From Felis catus (Eukaryota): 64,000 nucleotides of DNA. The stretch covers positions 153,700,001 through 153,764,000 of the forward strand of contig NC_058368.1 of NCBI RefSeq assembly GCF_018350175.1, given 5' to 3'. The position numbers were made by a program, and so were the translations under genes. This document shows positions 50,380 to 63,484 of the stretch, piece after piece. The notes beneath the pieces were generated by a model. The model was not told where the DNA came from and did no database searches. It worked only from the letters and a program-made list of their open reading frames with translations. Numbering within the stretch: position 1 is the stretch's first letter; each line of letters opens with the position of its first letter.

Positions 50380-52145
50380 GAAATTATACACTTAGAACAT
50401 CCATGTAAATCCATCGTAAACTAATACATATCTAAACATAATGTAAATATGTAATTTTTCTTGTATTTCTATAATGCAGTAATTAATCAACTAGGAAATA
50501 TAATTTTAAAGAGGGAGAGATTCCTCAGGATAACAAATATAGGAAATATTTAGGGATAAAGTTGTATTTTAATGTATGGTGAGACTTTATATGAAAACTG
50601 CATAATCTTATCATTTGAAAATTTGAATAATTGGACATAGTGAGCCAATTCTTGCAAGGGGCTACTATATATTTCCAAAAATGCAATTTTTAATTAATCT
50701 ATATAAAATATAAAATAAAATTTAAATAATTGCACCAAAATTTGTAACATAATTCTTCATAAAGGTAAATTGGGAAACTGTTTGTTAGGAGAAAATATGT
50801 AGGATATTTAAATAATAATAAAGTGACCTGCCCCATCAAACATTAAAACATATTGTTTAGTATCAATACATAAAATATTACAATTATGCAACGTTGTAGA
50901 CATTAAGTGGAATAGAAGGTAGAGATCTGAAATATCAATAATTATATACCAATTCTTATTGTGTGATAACATAAATTTTCTAAAAAAAAACACATTAAAG
51001 CAGTTATATAAGTGTGTTTGGAACAATTGTGGAAAAATGTTATTTCCACCTTACCCTCTTAATTTAAAATAAATGGCAAGTTTATTAAATAGTTAAAAAT
51101 GAGCATGAAACAAAAGAAAAAGTAGCAACTAATGGAATAGAATAATAGCTCTGTGGTAAAATAACATTTTTTCTTTGAATTAATAGAAGTTATAAAACTA
51201 TGTATGCATATTAATTTTCTGGGAAAAAGATAAAACCTAAATAAAATAATAATATTATTTTTATATAAGTTGTAGATATTTTCCTCAACATGATAATGGT
51301 AATCTATATTCAAATTTGTAAGAAAGATTTGACATTCTAAATAAATTAATGGGCAAACAATATGATAGTTTGTAAAAGAGGCAATAAAACTGACAAATAA
51401 GGTATTAGCCCCTCTAGTTACCAAAACAAGGCAAAATAAAGCATTCATAGGGTAGTGTTTTACATAGTAAAATTAAAAAACAAGGGGACAAAACCCAAAA
51501 ACATCCAATACTGGCTATATTGAAAAGAAATGACCATATTAATTCATTACTGCTAATTTAGCAATTTAGTACAGCCTTTCTGAAAAGCAATATGGCAGAG
51601 AAATTAAAGTGCTTAGACTTAGGGGTACCTGGGTGACTCAGTTGGTTGAACGTCTGACTCTTGATTTTTGGCTCAGGTCATGATCTCACGGCTTGTGTGA
51701 TCAAGGCCCTTGTCAGGCTCTGAGCTGCCAGCATGGAGCCTGCTTGGGATTGTCTCTCTCCCTCTCTCTCTGCCCCTCCCCTGCTCTCTCTCAAAATAAA
51801 TAAATAAAGTTAAAAAAAATAAATTGCTTAGACTTAAATATCATATTTTCATTCCTAATTTTATCCCAATTAAGCAATCAAACAGAAGCACAAATAGACA
51901 CAAATATGTTCATTGTAGCTTTAACGATGACAGAAAAATATGAACAAAAGAAAAGAATGCCATAATAAAATGTTTTGGCAACATACAATCTGTAGAATAT
52001 GCATGCATTCATATGTGAATGTATGTGTGTTTGTATATTTGTTACTGTAAATATGAAGGACATATAGAAAACCAAAATGTTTATGACATAAGCTAGGCAA
52101 TAAACAGTGTAAAATATTTTACATTAATCTTGCAAATATATAAAC
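50380..52145 (+). mobile_element. Very old L1ME-like ORF2/3' remnant
   Basis: CTAGGAAATATAATTT, AGTGGAATAGAAGGTAGAGATCTGAAATA, GTACAGCCTTTCTGAAAAGCAATATGGCA, ATGTTCATTGTAGC. Confidence 0.6.
51622..51820 (+). mobile_element. Can-SINE
   Basis: TSD AAA(G/T)TGCTTAGACTTA at 51606-51621 and 51821-51836. Confidence 0.94.
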
Positions 52146-52584
52146 ACATGTGCCATACATCAACGATAGTGGTAGTAATAGGTTAATCACATAAGCTAAT
52201 CAGCATTAACTCATTGGCTTGCTAACGTGTTAAAATAACAAGCTAATAAAATTCCTTGACTCTTAGATTTCTTGCCTTTCTGTTTAACTATTTGCTAGAT
52301 AACTACCATATTATGTTCTGACTTATGTACAAAAGTAATATACTAACCTAAACACTGAATGGATAGATTTAAAAAAAAAAAACGATTGTATAGAAAAACA
52401 TAGTAACAAGTGTGGACACCGTAATAGGTATCATGTGTATTTTATTCTGGTGAGCTTTCCTCTACAGTCACATATATACCTGATTATCAATGCCTTCAAT
52501 CCACCTATGGTGCCATTTCTCATTAAGATGGTAGTGAATTTAAAGTAGGTGGAAATATGATTTGCTAACTGCCAAATAATTCCA

Positions 52585-53335
52585 TTGATTCATTTATTTA
52601 TGCATTCTTACTACAAATATTTCTGAAGTGTATGGTATGCGCTTGGTATCATTCAGCCCTTAAACAAAACTGAAACTTCCTCTGTCATTAGTGAGCTTAT
52701 ACTTTTAGAGAAGAAAGACAATTACCACAGACTCATTGGTGCCCTGCCTAGAGTGCCTGGGAACCATTTTGTTCCTTTGGTGTGCCTTCCTTCCAACTGC
52801 CACGGTAGAATTTTGCTGTAATGTCTCATATCTGTAACTTTTTCCAGAGTTTTGCTCTTAGGATACTGGAGCCGTCTTGCTTGGAGATGCCTAGGAATTA
52901 AGCCTTTGCATCTCTGCTGTCTTTAGGCAGCCTGTAGGCAATGACTGACTGACACTGTGTCTAAAAGTGTAATAACGTTTCTTCAAGGCTGGATATATTC
53001 TGTGGGACAATTCATGTTCCAGAACTCCCCTGTGGGATTAGGCTGAAGCTAAACTTCAAACTTTGCTTAACTTGCTCCTCTTCCTTGTCCTGCTCCCTCA
53101 TTCCCATACAGGTTTCATCTGACAGCTTACTCCTAATAATCCACGAATCCAATCTCAGACTACTTATGAAGAATCCAAACTAAGTTAATGATTAAACATG
53201 TAATTCCTTTCCTGTGTTATGGGTGCTATGAAAGGTGAATAATAGAAAGCTGTGGATATACAGCATAGAAATCTTATCTTGGGGTGAGAGTAAGAGTTAT
53301 TTTCCTTGAGGAAGGAACATTTAAATTGAGACCGT
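52585..53335 (-). mobile_element. L2 remnant split by LTR16
   Basis: TTGATTCATTTATTTATGCATTC...GAGCTTATACTTTTAG; resumes GTGCTATGAAAG...TTCCTTGAGGAAGGAACATTTAAATTGAGACC. Confidence 0.6.
52725..53187 (+). mobile_element. ERVL LTR16-like solo LTR
   Basis: CAATGACTGACTG, CCAGAACTCCCCTGTGGGATTAGGCTGAAGCT, CTTCCTTGTCCTGCTCCCTCA, GAATCCAATCTCAG...AACTAAG. Confidence 0.8.
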
Positions 53336-53894
53336 ATATCTTGTATCTATTTTCCTTTAAAATAGTATGGCGTGCATTTGTGAAATGACTGGCTGTGGTT
53401 GAGGACTATAGTCTTTGATCATGACCGTCATGGAAATAATCAGTCCATATTATGACTGAACCCTTTTGTTCATTAGCTTCAGACTATTAACACTGGTCCC
53501 TGATGAAGAGTGAAACCAGCACATAGAGTGAAAAGTTACTAGGGCACAATATCTATCTCCATATATTAGGAAGCATCCATGAAACTGTAGGACTGAGCAC
53601 TTCCTTCAACCTGCATGCATATATTCATATATACATATAATTATCCACATGTGTGTGTTTCATCATTAACATACTCATTTTGGTAATGAAAACTGGCCAG
53701 TAGAATTTTGGTAGTGACCAAAATGATACTATGCTTAGCACAACTCTATTAATAGCCTGTAGAGCTATCCTTCTGCCTAATAGCATAGAAATAACATTTA
53801 AAAAAACCAAAATTTACAGTTAAAACCCATACTGTGAAATAGATAGACTATTGATTCTCATGTATATCAGATTTATCCTACTTAAAACATGGAT

Positions 53895-54097
53895 GGGGGC
53901 CCTGGGTGGCTGAGTCAGTTGACTGACTCTTGACTTCGGCTCAGGTCATGATCTCATGGTTCATGAGCTGGAGCCCTGCATCAGGCTCCGTGTTGTCAGT
54001 GCATAACCTGCTTGGGATTCTCTCTATCTCCCTCTCTCTCTACCCCTCCCCTGCTCTCTCTTTTCTCTAAAAAATAAACAAATAATCTTAAAAAAAT
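53895..54097 (+). mobile_element. Can-SINE
   Basis: GGGGGCCCTGGGTGGCTGAGTC head, (CT)n, A tail. Confidence 0.93.
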
Positions 54098-54636
54098 AAA
54101 GCACAGATAGTAAGTGTAAGATGCACTAAGCACTGAGATCTTGGAAAAGAGAAGGAGTATAACTTTAAAGATAAAGCCATCGGCATGGCACTTTTGATGA
54201 AATCAAATAAGAAGGTAAAATAAGCCTACTGCTTTTAATTACCTATGATGCACCAGACACCAGAAGGCACAATTATATATACACAGTTTTTAAATGGTTA
54301 TTATTATGTCCCAAACACATTAAAATATTATTGATAAAGGCAAGTAATAATAAATGCTAATGATTCTTCTATTGCAGTGTTTAGAAGACAAGGTAAATTT
54401 AGCAAAGAAGTCTAGCATGGTTACATTCAAAATAATTCTATTTGGGGTGTACAATATGATTTATCTATTACAAGCCAAATTTATTTAAAAATCCTCTTTG
54501 TGTTCATAATGAAATAGACCTAGAAGTATCAAAAGATTTACTGATGATATCACAGGGGCACTATAGCCATTGTAAGAATCATAAATTTACTAGGTTCTCA
54601 TATTCAGAAATTACTTTAAACAGTATAATCTATAAT

Positions 54637-54850
54637 TTTTTTTTTAACGTTTATTTACTTTTGAGACAGAGAGAGACAGAGCATGAACGGGGGAGGGTCA
54701 GAGAGAGAGAGGGAGACACAGAATCTGAAACAGGCTCCAGGTTCTGAGCTGTCAGCACAGGGCCTGACGCGGAGCTTGAACTCACGAGCTGTGAGATCAT
54801 GACCTGAGCTGCAGTCCGACGCTTAAGCAACTGAGCCACCCAGGCACCCC
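54637..54850 (-). mobile_element. Can-SINE (SINEC_Fc)
   Basis: 13-bp TSD TATAATCTATAAT at 54624-54636 and 54851-54863. Confidence 0.95.
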
Positions 54851-55307
54851 TATAATCTATAATGTTTGAGAAAATAAGTTAAACATTCCCCAAATTATAG
54901 GACAATAAATTAATTTATAGGACAATAAATTAATCATCCAGAGATGATGTTTGTCAAAGTCTCTTGGGAAAACCGTGTTAATAGTTTTGTCAGTCCAGTT
55001 ATATAATAATCTCTCACTGATAATCACTTAGAGTTTTGAATTTCTAAGAATACCAGAGGAAATAATTGTTTATTACATGGCAAAATTGAAAAAGTATTTT
55101 TAAACATTGTCTTTTATTTGGAATTAAGAGTAGATAAAATTCATATCACTGTTATTAAAAATATTTCCACAGTTATAATAGAAAGCATTTTGGAAACATT
55201 TAAAAGAGTTAATAGGGGAAGGAAAATATTTGCACTAAATAATGGTTTAAATGCCATTGTAAGAGGAAACTGTGGAAGGTGTTAAATATGCATTTATTTT
55301 AGTAAAG

Positions 55308-55393
55308 TTTCCTCCTTTCCTTCCTCCTTTCCTTCCTTCCTTCCTTCCTTCCTTCCTTCCTTCCTTCCTTCCTTCCTTTCTTCCTTTCTTCCT
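55308..55393. repeat. (TTCC)n tetranucleotide / polypyrimidine tract
   Basis: About 85 bp of pure pyrimidine on the plus strand. Confidence 0.95.
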
Positions 55394-56179
55394 CAGTGAA
55401 AAGTTCTGTTACAGCTCAGTAAATTGTGAAACTGAGGGCTCTTGTATCCATGGCTCTTTGAAGATAATAGACTAACCTGATGTTCTTAGCCCCACAATAA
55501 ATTAATTACTTAGGGCTTAGGTGGTTTTATGCAGGACACAATCATTCTGGAGATGGAGTTGTTTATATGAAAAGGCATATTAAAGTTAGAACCTTGGAAA
55601 GAAGGCAGTGAGTAATATGCAAAACAGGAATGCTAAGCACAGTTAATTGACAACTTAAGAATTTCAGAATGTAAAGTTGAGTTAAATGCTATAGAGATAG
55701 CTGAGACAACTGTATCCTTAATGTTATCACATATCACCATTTGGCAAGTAAATCAAATGACATTTACTCATTGAGGACCTTCATGCCCAAGAGTCAATAA
55801 TTGAACAAGGCAATGTAGAGTAAAGCAGGCTTATACTCTAGTTGAGGAAATGAGACCTGGTAAAATTAATGAATACAATGTTAAAATATAAGTGCATAAT
55901 ATTGTTACAGATAATGTACTTTGTTTTTAGCATGGGCAGTCAGAGAATGAGACACCCTAGTTTAACTTTTCATATATAGTATTTAATATTTTCCAAATAG
56001 CATACCTAAAGCACATAACTATGTACCTACCACCTTTGAGGTTTGTTGTGTTCTCCTCCCTGATCATGTGTTCCTTTCCTGTTGTGATTAGTACAAATTT
56101 AATATAGTCCTTCCTTTTTCTCTTAGGAGTTTATCATATACACCACTATACTCTATCATATGAATATGCTGTAAATTAC

Positions 56180-57425
56180 CCATCTTCTTGTCTTCATGGT
56201 ATCTTTATTAATTCCTTATTTCTGTTTTCCTTGGGTTTATTATGTCATTCTTTTGCCAGTTCTGCAGATTGCATACTTATTAACTTCAGCCATATAGAGA
56301 GAGTTGGGTTAAAATCTCTCATTAAGGATTTGTCATCCTTGTATTCATTCATTTTTGCATTACATATTTTTTGAGTTGTTTTTAGGTGCATACCAATTTG
56401 GATTCATATCCTGTTGGTAAATTATAGCATATTATCTATGTATACAGTTTCTCTTTATCTCTGATAATTATTTTGCCCTCAAGTTTGTGTTGTCAGCAAT
56501 TAAATAGTCATATCAGTTTTTCTTGGAGTATTATTTCCCCCATCCTTTTACTTTCTACCTTTCAATGCCATGGTTATAAGGATTTCTTGTAGACACCATA
56601 CAGTGGGATTTTGTTTATATGCAGTCTAGCTCTTAAATGAAAGTTCAGAATGCTTTAACTTGAATCATCCTCCCTCTCTTCTTATATGATTCTATCATCC
56701 AGGATTTTTGTACTATATTGATATTTTTTCCATTTGAGCCTCTTCAATTAGACATTAGTATTACATATACCATAAACATTATTTTAGATTTACCCGTATG
56801 TTCATTATTTTTTCTAGGTTGATTTTCTTTCTTTCATATTTCCTTTTGTGAGGGTTTTGTTGTAGTAAACTCCCTCTAGTTTTGGTTATCTAAAAATGCT
56901 CTTCTTTGCACTTATTATTGAAAGATAATTTCTGAAATCATAGAATTATATTCTCATTTATTTTGTTTTATCACTTAAATATACTGTTCCACTGACTCTG
57001 GCTTTCCCTGTTGTTGTTAACCAGATTTCAATTTACTTGTGATTGGGAATTTTTTTTTTTTTTACTAGGTTTTAAAATAGTATCTTTCTTTTTTGTGTTA
57101 TACATTTGACTATGGTGAGTCTAGGTATTGGCTTATTTTTATTTACCCCGCTTGAGGATTATTATCCTTAATGTATCTGGAGTTTATGTCTTTCTGAAAA
57201 ATTCTTATTGCCTGTCCAACATTTTATATATATTTTCTTTTTCGTGAATTCCTCTCTTCCTAGAATTCATTGATGCATTTTGAACCTTCTCTTTCTTTTT
57301 ACCCACGTCTCATAAACTTCCTATTAACTAAATTTTCTCTATCCTATAAAAATCTCTGTAATTTCTTCAGATCTATCTCACAATTGACTAATTTCCCATT
57401 GATCTGAATTTGATGGGCTTTAATA
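56180..57425 (-). mobile_element. Very old L1 (L1ME/L1M5) ORF1-ORF2 junction remnant
   Basis: TTAAAATCTCTCATTA, TTTAGGTGCATAC, CCCCATCCTTTTACTTTC, ATACTGTTCCACTGACTCTGGCTT, ATTTCTTCAGATCTATCT. Confidence 0.7.
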
Positions 57426-58569
57426 CTTTATCTATTGATCAATCAATCGATCTATTATCTATCTATCATCATCTATTATCTTCTCTCTAATGAGACATTG
57501 CAAAGAAGGGATGAAAATACAGTAAGTAGAGGGGAGTGGTCTGACTACTCAACTTGACTTGGGGTCAACAAAGTTCTAATCCTAGGGTAGTATAGTAATA
57601 TACCTACCTACCCACAGAAGATTTTCTTTTTCAGCTGTTTTCTGCGAAAACATTAGGTTTTAGTCTTTTTGTTTAACTATTCCTATCCTGTGTGTTTGTT
57701 TTTTCCCCCGTTTTATGGGTTTTCTGAAAATAAAGATTATACTCCCAATAACCTTTCATATAAACAAGAGAAGTTTTATTGCCCAAAGTACAAATAATCT
57801 AAGATACTATACAGATGGGCCAAAGAGTTCCTTACTAGTGCCATTTTAAACTATTGTTCTGGTGCAGCCATCTCCGGGTAGCTTCTAGACTCAAGAAAGC
57901 AGTCAAGAAGGGTAATTGGGTACTAGTGTCCACCCACAATCTGACCCTGGGAATACCCCAAATACCTTTTGGATCTTGTTCTTTTTTATCATTTTGCCAA
58001 AATTCAAATGCTCCCACTGAGGTAGCCCCTACACACTAACTCATCATTCAGTATGTGCAGGTGATTGCTTCTAATTATTTTAGTATTTCTAATTATTAAT
58101 AAAGAATAAGTGATGTCATTCAGGTAATAGTGTATGTCTAAAGTTGACTGCTATGATTCTTGCAAATTTGCCTCTTTCCACTGGGGACAGATTAGGGAAA
58201 TATTCAGGATTTGAGATAATTGATTCATCTAAATAAATGAATTTTGGATGACAATACATTCATATTCATTATCTTTGGCTGTAAGATTTTGCTAATATTT
58301 TTATTTGGATTGAGAAACAGGGTAGTCTTCTTGGTTATAAAAGCTTACTCTTTCCCAGGCTCTGCCAGTTGTGCTAGTCAAAATGACAAATGCTAATGCT
58401 TATGTTGGGTATTTACATGCTTTGTAGATTACTGTGCAAAATCTGACTGCCACACTGTAGAAATAACTCTTAACAAGACCAAGATTCACAGGAAAATGAA
58501 AACCTCAGTCTTCCTGCCGCAAGCCCATCCTACCATCCCAGTTTTCCTAGCTGATCCTTTGTCCTTTCC

Positions 58570-59125
58570 AGTTTGTCCTCTGGCACTGCTAGCAGAGTTA
58601 TTTCTTTAAAAGAGCCTTATGATCACCTCTCCCACCTAAAAGTCTTTAATAATTTCCCTTATTATTGGGATCAAGTTTAAACCTTTGCTTTAGATACAAG
58701 GCTTGTCATGACAGGTGTCTTGTCAACCATATTTTCCCATTCCCTTAACCTCCCCTACATGCAGTTCTTAGAAGAGACCCAATTCCCTTGTGCCTTAGAC
58801 TTTTCACAAGGTTCTCACTGTCTGATGCTCTTCTTATCCCCACAACTCCCCACCATTCCCTTATAGTCCGCCTTTTTTTTTCTATCTCTGTAGCTTGTGA
58901 TTGTCCTGTGGGATACAATCTGGAAAACTTTAGTCTGGGTTGGATGGTTCTCTGAATTCTCTCAACACAGCATGCAGAGCATTTTATTATAACTATCCAC
59001 TTATGTGGCTGATGACTGTGCTCTGATTAGTAGATTAGAAGCCCATTGAAAGCTGAGGCTGTGTCTTGATCATCTCAGTTTCTCTGGTGCCCAGAGCAGT
59101 GACCAACATAAAGTAAGTGAATAAA
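58570..59125 (+). mobile_element. L2 remnant
   Basis: CACTGCTAGCAGAGTTATTTCTTTAAAA, GATCAAGTTTAAACC, TAGATTAGAAGCCC...TGTGTCTTGATCATCTC...GTGCCCAGAGCAGTG. Confidence 0.7.
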
Positions 59126-59659
59126 AAAAAAACAGTCTGGCTTAATAACCAGGGTTTAAATAAATGCCTTATTAAATTATGAAAATGATCTTTGAATATA
59201 TATGCTGGAGGGATTGTACTGTCCTTCTAAGAATAGCATTTCATGACTTAGCTAAATAGGAAGAACAAAACCATTAGCCAACCTGAGTGTCAACACAGGG
59301 ACAGTCTTCATCATTTTCCTTTTGAATTTATCTTCTGGCAGGGAAGCTTACACAGTCGGCTTGGTGACCTATGTCAAAACATTTTCATGTTAACAATGGT
59401 GGAATTAGAAATGATTTATACTCATCATGTATAAAACTTGTGGGCCTGGAAACTGATTAAGATTGGAGAATATGGAAGTTTATTATTTGCTCTGACTCCT
59501 GTATTAAAATCTTCCTTCTGTTATTTTCAGGTCTAGAAAAGGCAATTTAAAAAAATAAACAAAAACCAAATCCCTTGTTTAATTGAATACAGTGTATACA
59601 TTTTCACCTTTGGTTAGCATATTTATGGAGATATTTATATAATTTACATAAGTAGATGT

Positions 59660-59790
59660 TCATTATCTGTCTTACAGATATTCGGTTATGTCTTAACTGA
59701 ATATTTATGGAGGGTAATTCTCATAAATTCCGTGTACACAGTGCCTGGCTCAGCACCATAACAAATGTGTAATACATGTTTTTTTATAAT
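59660..59790 (+). mobile_element. MIR 3' fragment
   Basis: ACACAGTGCCTGGCTCAG...TAATACATGTT. Confidence 0.45.
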
Positions 59791-60768
59791 GATGTTAAAA
59801 CGTTCAGTTGCAAAGGTGGGCTGTGGTCACATAATCTTCCTATTCCCTCTTCAATGAATAATTCAAGTAGTAGCCTTCACACTCCTCATAAGATTGAGAA
59901 GATATATCTATTCCCAAGTCTTGTTTTCTATTATTGAGATGTAAGGAGCTACTGCAAATGCAAAGTCTCTGGGGCCTTGTTACAGGGGCCAGCTTCAAGT
60001 TTCGTTTGTGAACTCCAAAGGATATGCCAGGAGAAACTTCAGAATGGAATCACTGGGGAGAAAGCAGGCACAGTTTCAGGGGCAGTGTCCATATTGCATG
60101 GAAAGTGTATGTGTATTTAGCAAAATAATGTATGTATGTGCGTGGATGGGGCATTCCTTCAGTTCTGTTGTGTTTTGTGAACATAACCAAATGTTGAAAT
60201 CTCTCTATGGATATTATTTGAAAATATACACACGAAAATGTGGCTGGAAGATTTGAAAATAGGTGTTTTATGTATGATTATAATATGATGCTAAACATTA
60301 ATTAGTTACTTGTCATCAACATATTATGTGAGAATATCTAAAAAATATTTGTGTGTTTATGTGTTGGGAGAAAAACAAAGAAGGAAATGTAAACTAAAAT
60401 GCAAAGCTATATGGGACTACCCAAATTATCGCATAACAATCATCTGAGGGACAACAGCAAAGTTCCTTAGGTTCTTTAACAATGACCATCAAAACATAGT
60501 GTTTATTAGATCAAAAGAAGGTAACCTGGGAAGTAGCTATGTTTATATTTAATGGATAGTGTTATGCCTTGAACAAAAAAAATATATCTGTATGCTAGCT
60601 GAGCCTTTTAATTTCATTCCAGATATATAAAATTAAACATAGCAAAATTATTTTTCTATGTTTCTAAAAGATCCTGTTTCATGAGAGAAAAGAGCATTAA
60701 GCTTTATTAACAAATTTCTTATTATCGTGGACAAACAACAACCCATTGGATTTTTTTCTCTTCTCTAG

Positions 60769-60846
60769 GTTCTGACTTAATGAAACCCACCAGTTTTTAC
60801 ACTCTAACTTTCCTATTTCAAGTGTTGCCTGGAAAGGAAGTCTTAG
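60769..60846 (+). other. Candidate internal exon (78 nt) of an unidentified transcript
   Basis: Acceptor TTTTTTTCTCTTCTCTAG|G preceded by an AG-free stretch of about 65 nt; donor AG|GTGAGT; one open frame. Confidence 0.35.
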
Positions 60847-62419
60847 GTGAGTATTCTCAAAAAATATTGCTTCATTTACAATTTTGAATAATACTTTCCT
60901 GAGAAGTCTGATGACAAAGACAGCCCAAACAGGAAAAACAGTAGAAAAGTTTATGACGTATAAAATGAATTCTTCAAAAGAATTTTGTTTCGAAATGCCA
61001 AGGGTTATAAGTCAAATATATGCAGCATATATTACTATTCATTACCTTGCATTGGCTGAAATTCATCTCTTCTGACAACCCTGGGTAAATCATGTTACAT
61101 ATTGCATAAAATATGAGTGCTGGTCCTTTTCTGAAGATGCCACTTAGTGTGGGAACTCACTGCCATTGGCTGCATCCCAGTTGCTGTAAGCTCCCTTAAG
61201 ACCACTGCTTCTGCAGAGTCCTATGGCAGTCGAATCAGAGAAGAAAAGGTATTTATAGAAAACATATGCAAAAGGTTGATAGCTCGTCCAGTTTTTAGTG
61301 CACAGACTGACAGCTAAATACAAATTGAGAAATGTAAGTTTCACTTCGAGCAAATTTACTGGGTGAAAACCTCATTTTTTCATTTCATTTGAATACGTTC
61401 ACTGCTTCTCAGAATATGCAACTTTATAGTGAGCATATTTTTTATTCTTGAAGGCTCATTATTTTACAGTGAGGTTACTGAACCTAGACCACATAGAGCA
61501 GATTACCCAGCATAATATTAATCAAAATATACATGGCAAATGGGATTCCAAACAGTGCCAAATAGGCATCTGCTTTTAACATAGAATAAAAAAAGTGCAT
61601 TTAGTGCTTTTATTAAAAGGTATTATGGGCAATTTATTTTTAAGCCATCTCTCTAACACTATTAACTAGCATATAATTTAATGTACTCCCAAGCAACTTG
61701 ACTTTTACTGTTTCCTTCAAAACATTAATTTGTAAAAGCAAGTTGATATAAAAGATGACTTTGACCCTAAGAAAAGATTCGAATCATTAAAAATAAATTA
61801 AATGATCTTGTAGACACACATAATAGTTACTTTGGGGGTTGGAAAATAACATATTTTCTGTTGCCATGTATGATATGATGTTTCATAGGGAAAAATAAAG
61901 CCAGTGCTGTTTCTAATGATATAATTTATACCCTCTGAGTAAACCATATCAGTTTTGTAAGCTTTGCTTAAATTTGAACAGAGTTGCCAAATGCCTAAAA
62001 ATTTCTGAACAAATCAAAGAAGATTCTTTAGTATTTATGAGAGAAATAAATTATATTATGACTGTTTAGAAAATTTTGGACAGGTTAGTACATAGTTGAT
62101 TTTGTACTGTCTTTAGAGTGTTTTCCTTATAGAGACAAGGAAACTAATTCACTTCCACTGAAATGTAGCCAGGCAATTTTATACAACGTAAGCAGTGTGG
62201 ATATTGATAGAAAAAGTTTTTTACAAATCTAGGCTAAGAATTATAAGTAAAACTAAAAATTGTGATATGTTTAATTGGGTGAAATTTTTGAATGGTAACA
62301 AATAAAATTTAAATTCTAAAAATAATACAAGGATGCATGCTTTTTTTAAAGAAATAAAAATATCCAAGAATAATAGTATTAAGTGAAAAACAGCCACAGA
62401 AGCAACAATAAAACCTTGA

Positions 62420-63335
62420 CGTCATTGCCTACCCTCATGCAGTAAGATTCCACTATCCTCCTGTCTGTAATTACTGGAAACAATTTGGAGGGCATCCTTT
62501 CACGTCTTTCTGTATATATTTATATAAATATATTTTTATCTATATTTGCATGTTAAATGTATGTGTGTACACATGTACATAAAAGAAGTACACATTACAT
62601 ATGTGTGTGCATATATATAATCTAGTAAAATTGAAAACAAGTTTTTTCACTTGAAATAAAATGGGCATCAGTACATCAGTTTATTTGTATTCCCCCCCCC
62701 TACTTTTTCATACTATTTTTGAATGTGGATGCGACTAAGTATCTTATTTTATTTTATTATTGGTTTTTAAATTAATTTGCTTATTTTGAGAGAGAGCGTG
62801 CGTGTTTGTGTGTGCATGTGCAAGTGGGGGAGTGACAGAAGAAGAGGGAGAGAGAATGTCAAGCAGGCTCCATGCTAACAGTGAGGCTAGATCTCATGGA
62901 ACTCTGCAAACATGACCTGCGATAAAATCAACCCTGAGATCATGACCTGAGTCTTTTGCTTAACTGACCGAGCCTCCCAGATGCTGCTGGGACTAAGTAT
63001 TTTAAAACATTTTCCTACTGATAGTCATGTGGATGATCTTAATTTTTATTTATAGCCTAAATTAATCCTTATGTCTGTGAGATAGAATTTGAAGTAATTG
63101 ATGGGTTTTCCTAATTGCCAGATATTTTTCAAATTATCTCTGAGAAGTTTGTGTTAGTTTGTATCCCTCTCTGCAAGAGTTAGTAAAAGTACTACTTCTT
63201 CCAGATCCTCATCAAAACATTATATTACTGACCATTATTTTTTGTTAATCTGCTAGTAAAACTCTGTATAATTTTAGCATGCAGTTCTGTTATTACTGGT
63301 GAGGTTGAATATTTTTATATGTTTATTGTATATAC
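62420..63335 (-). mobile_element. Old L1ME-like 3' remnant (contains SINE)
   Basis: TTTTCCTACTGATAGTCATGTGGATG, ATTGCCAGATATTTTTCAAA, TTATTACTGGTGAGGTTGAATATTTTTATATGTTTATTG. Confidence 0.65.
62743..62990 (-). mobile_element. Can-SINE, diverged and internally rearranged
   Basis: TSD GACTAAGTAT at 62733-62742 and 62991-63000. Confidence 0.88.
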
Positions 63336-63348
63336 ACACATACATGCA

Positions 63349-63439
63349 CAGCTGATTCTTGTTATTCCTGGTAGTTATGTTCTATAAAGTCCCTGCAAAC
63401 ACTGAATTAGCGAATACTGAGCCATTGTTCTTAGTGGGA

Positions 63440-63484
<45 letters not shown>

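Noticed and set aside
1729..54839. Recurrent ORFs of the MAQSVKRPTSAQVMIS... and ...RERQSMNGGGAEREGDTESE type
   Set aside because: They are translations of Can-SINE sense and antisense strands, not a gene family
59510..59560. Acceptor-like TTATTTTCAG followed by AATAAA (possible terminal exon); similar lone acceptors near 19828 and 32618
   Set aside because: Single signals without partner sites are common in AT-rich DNA
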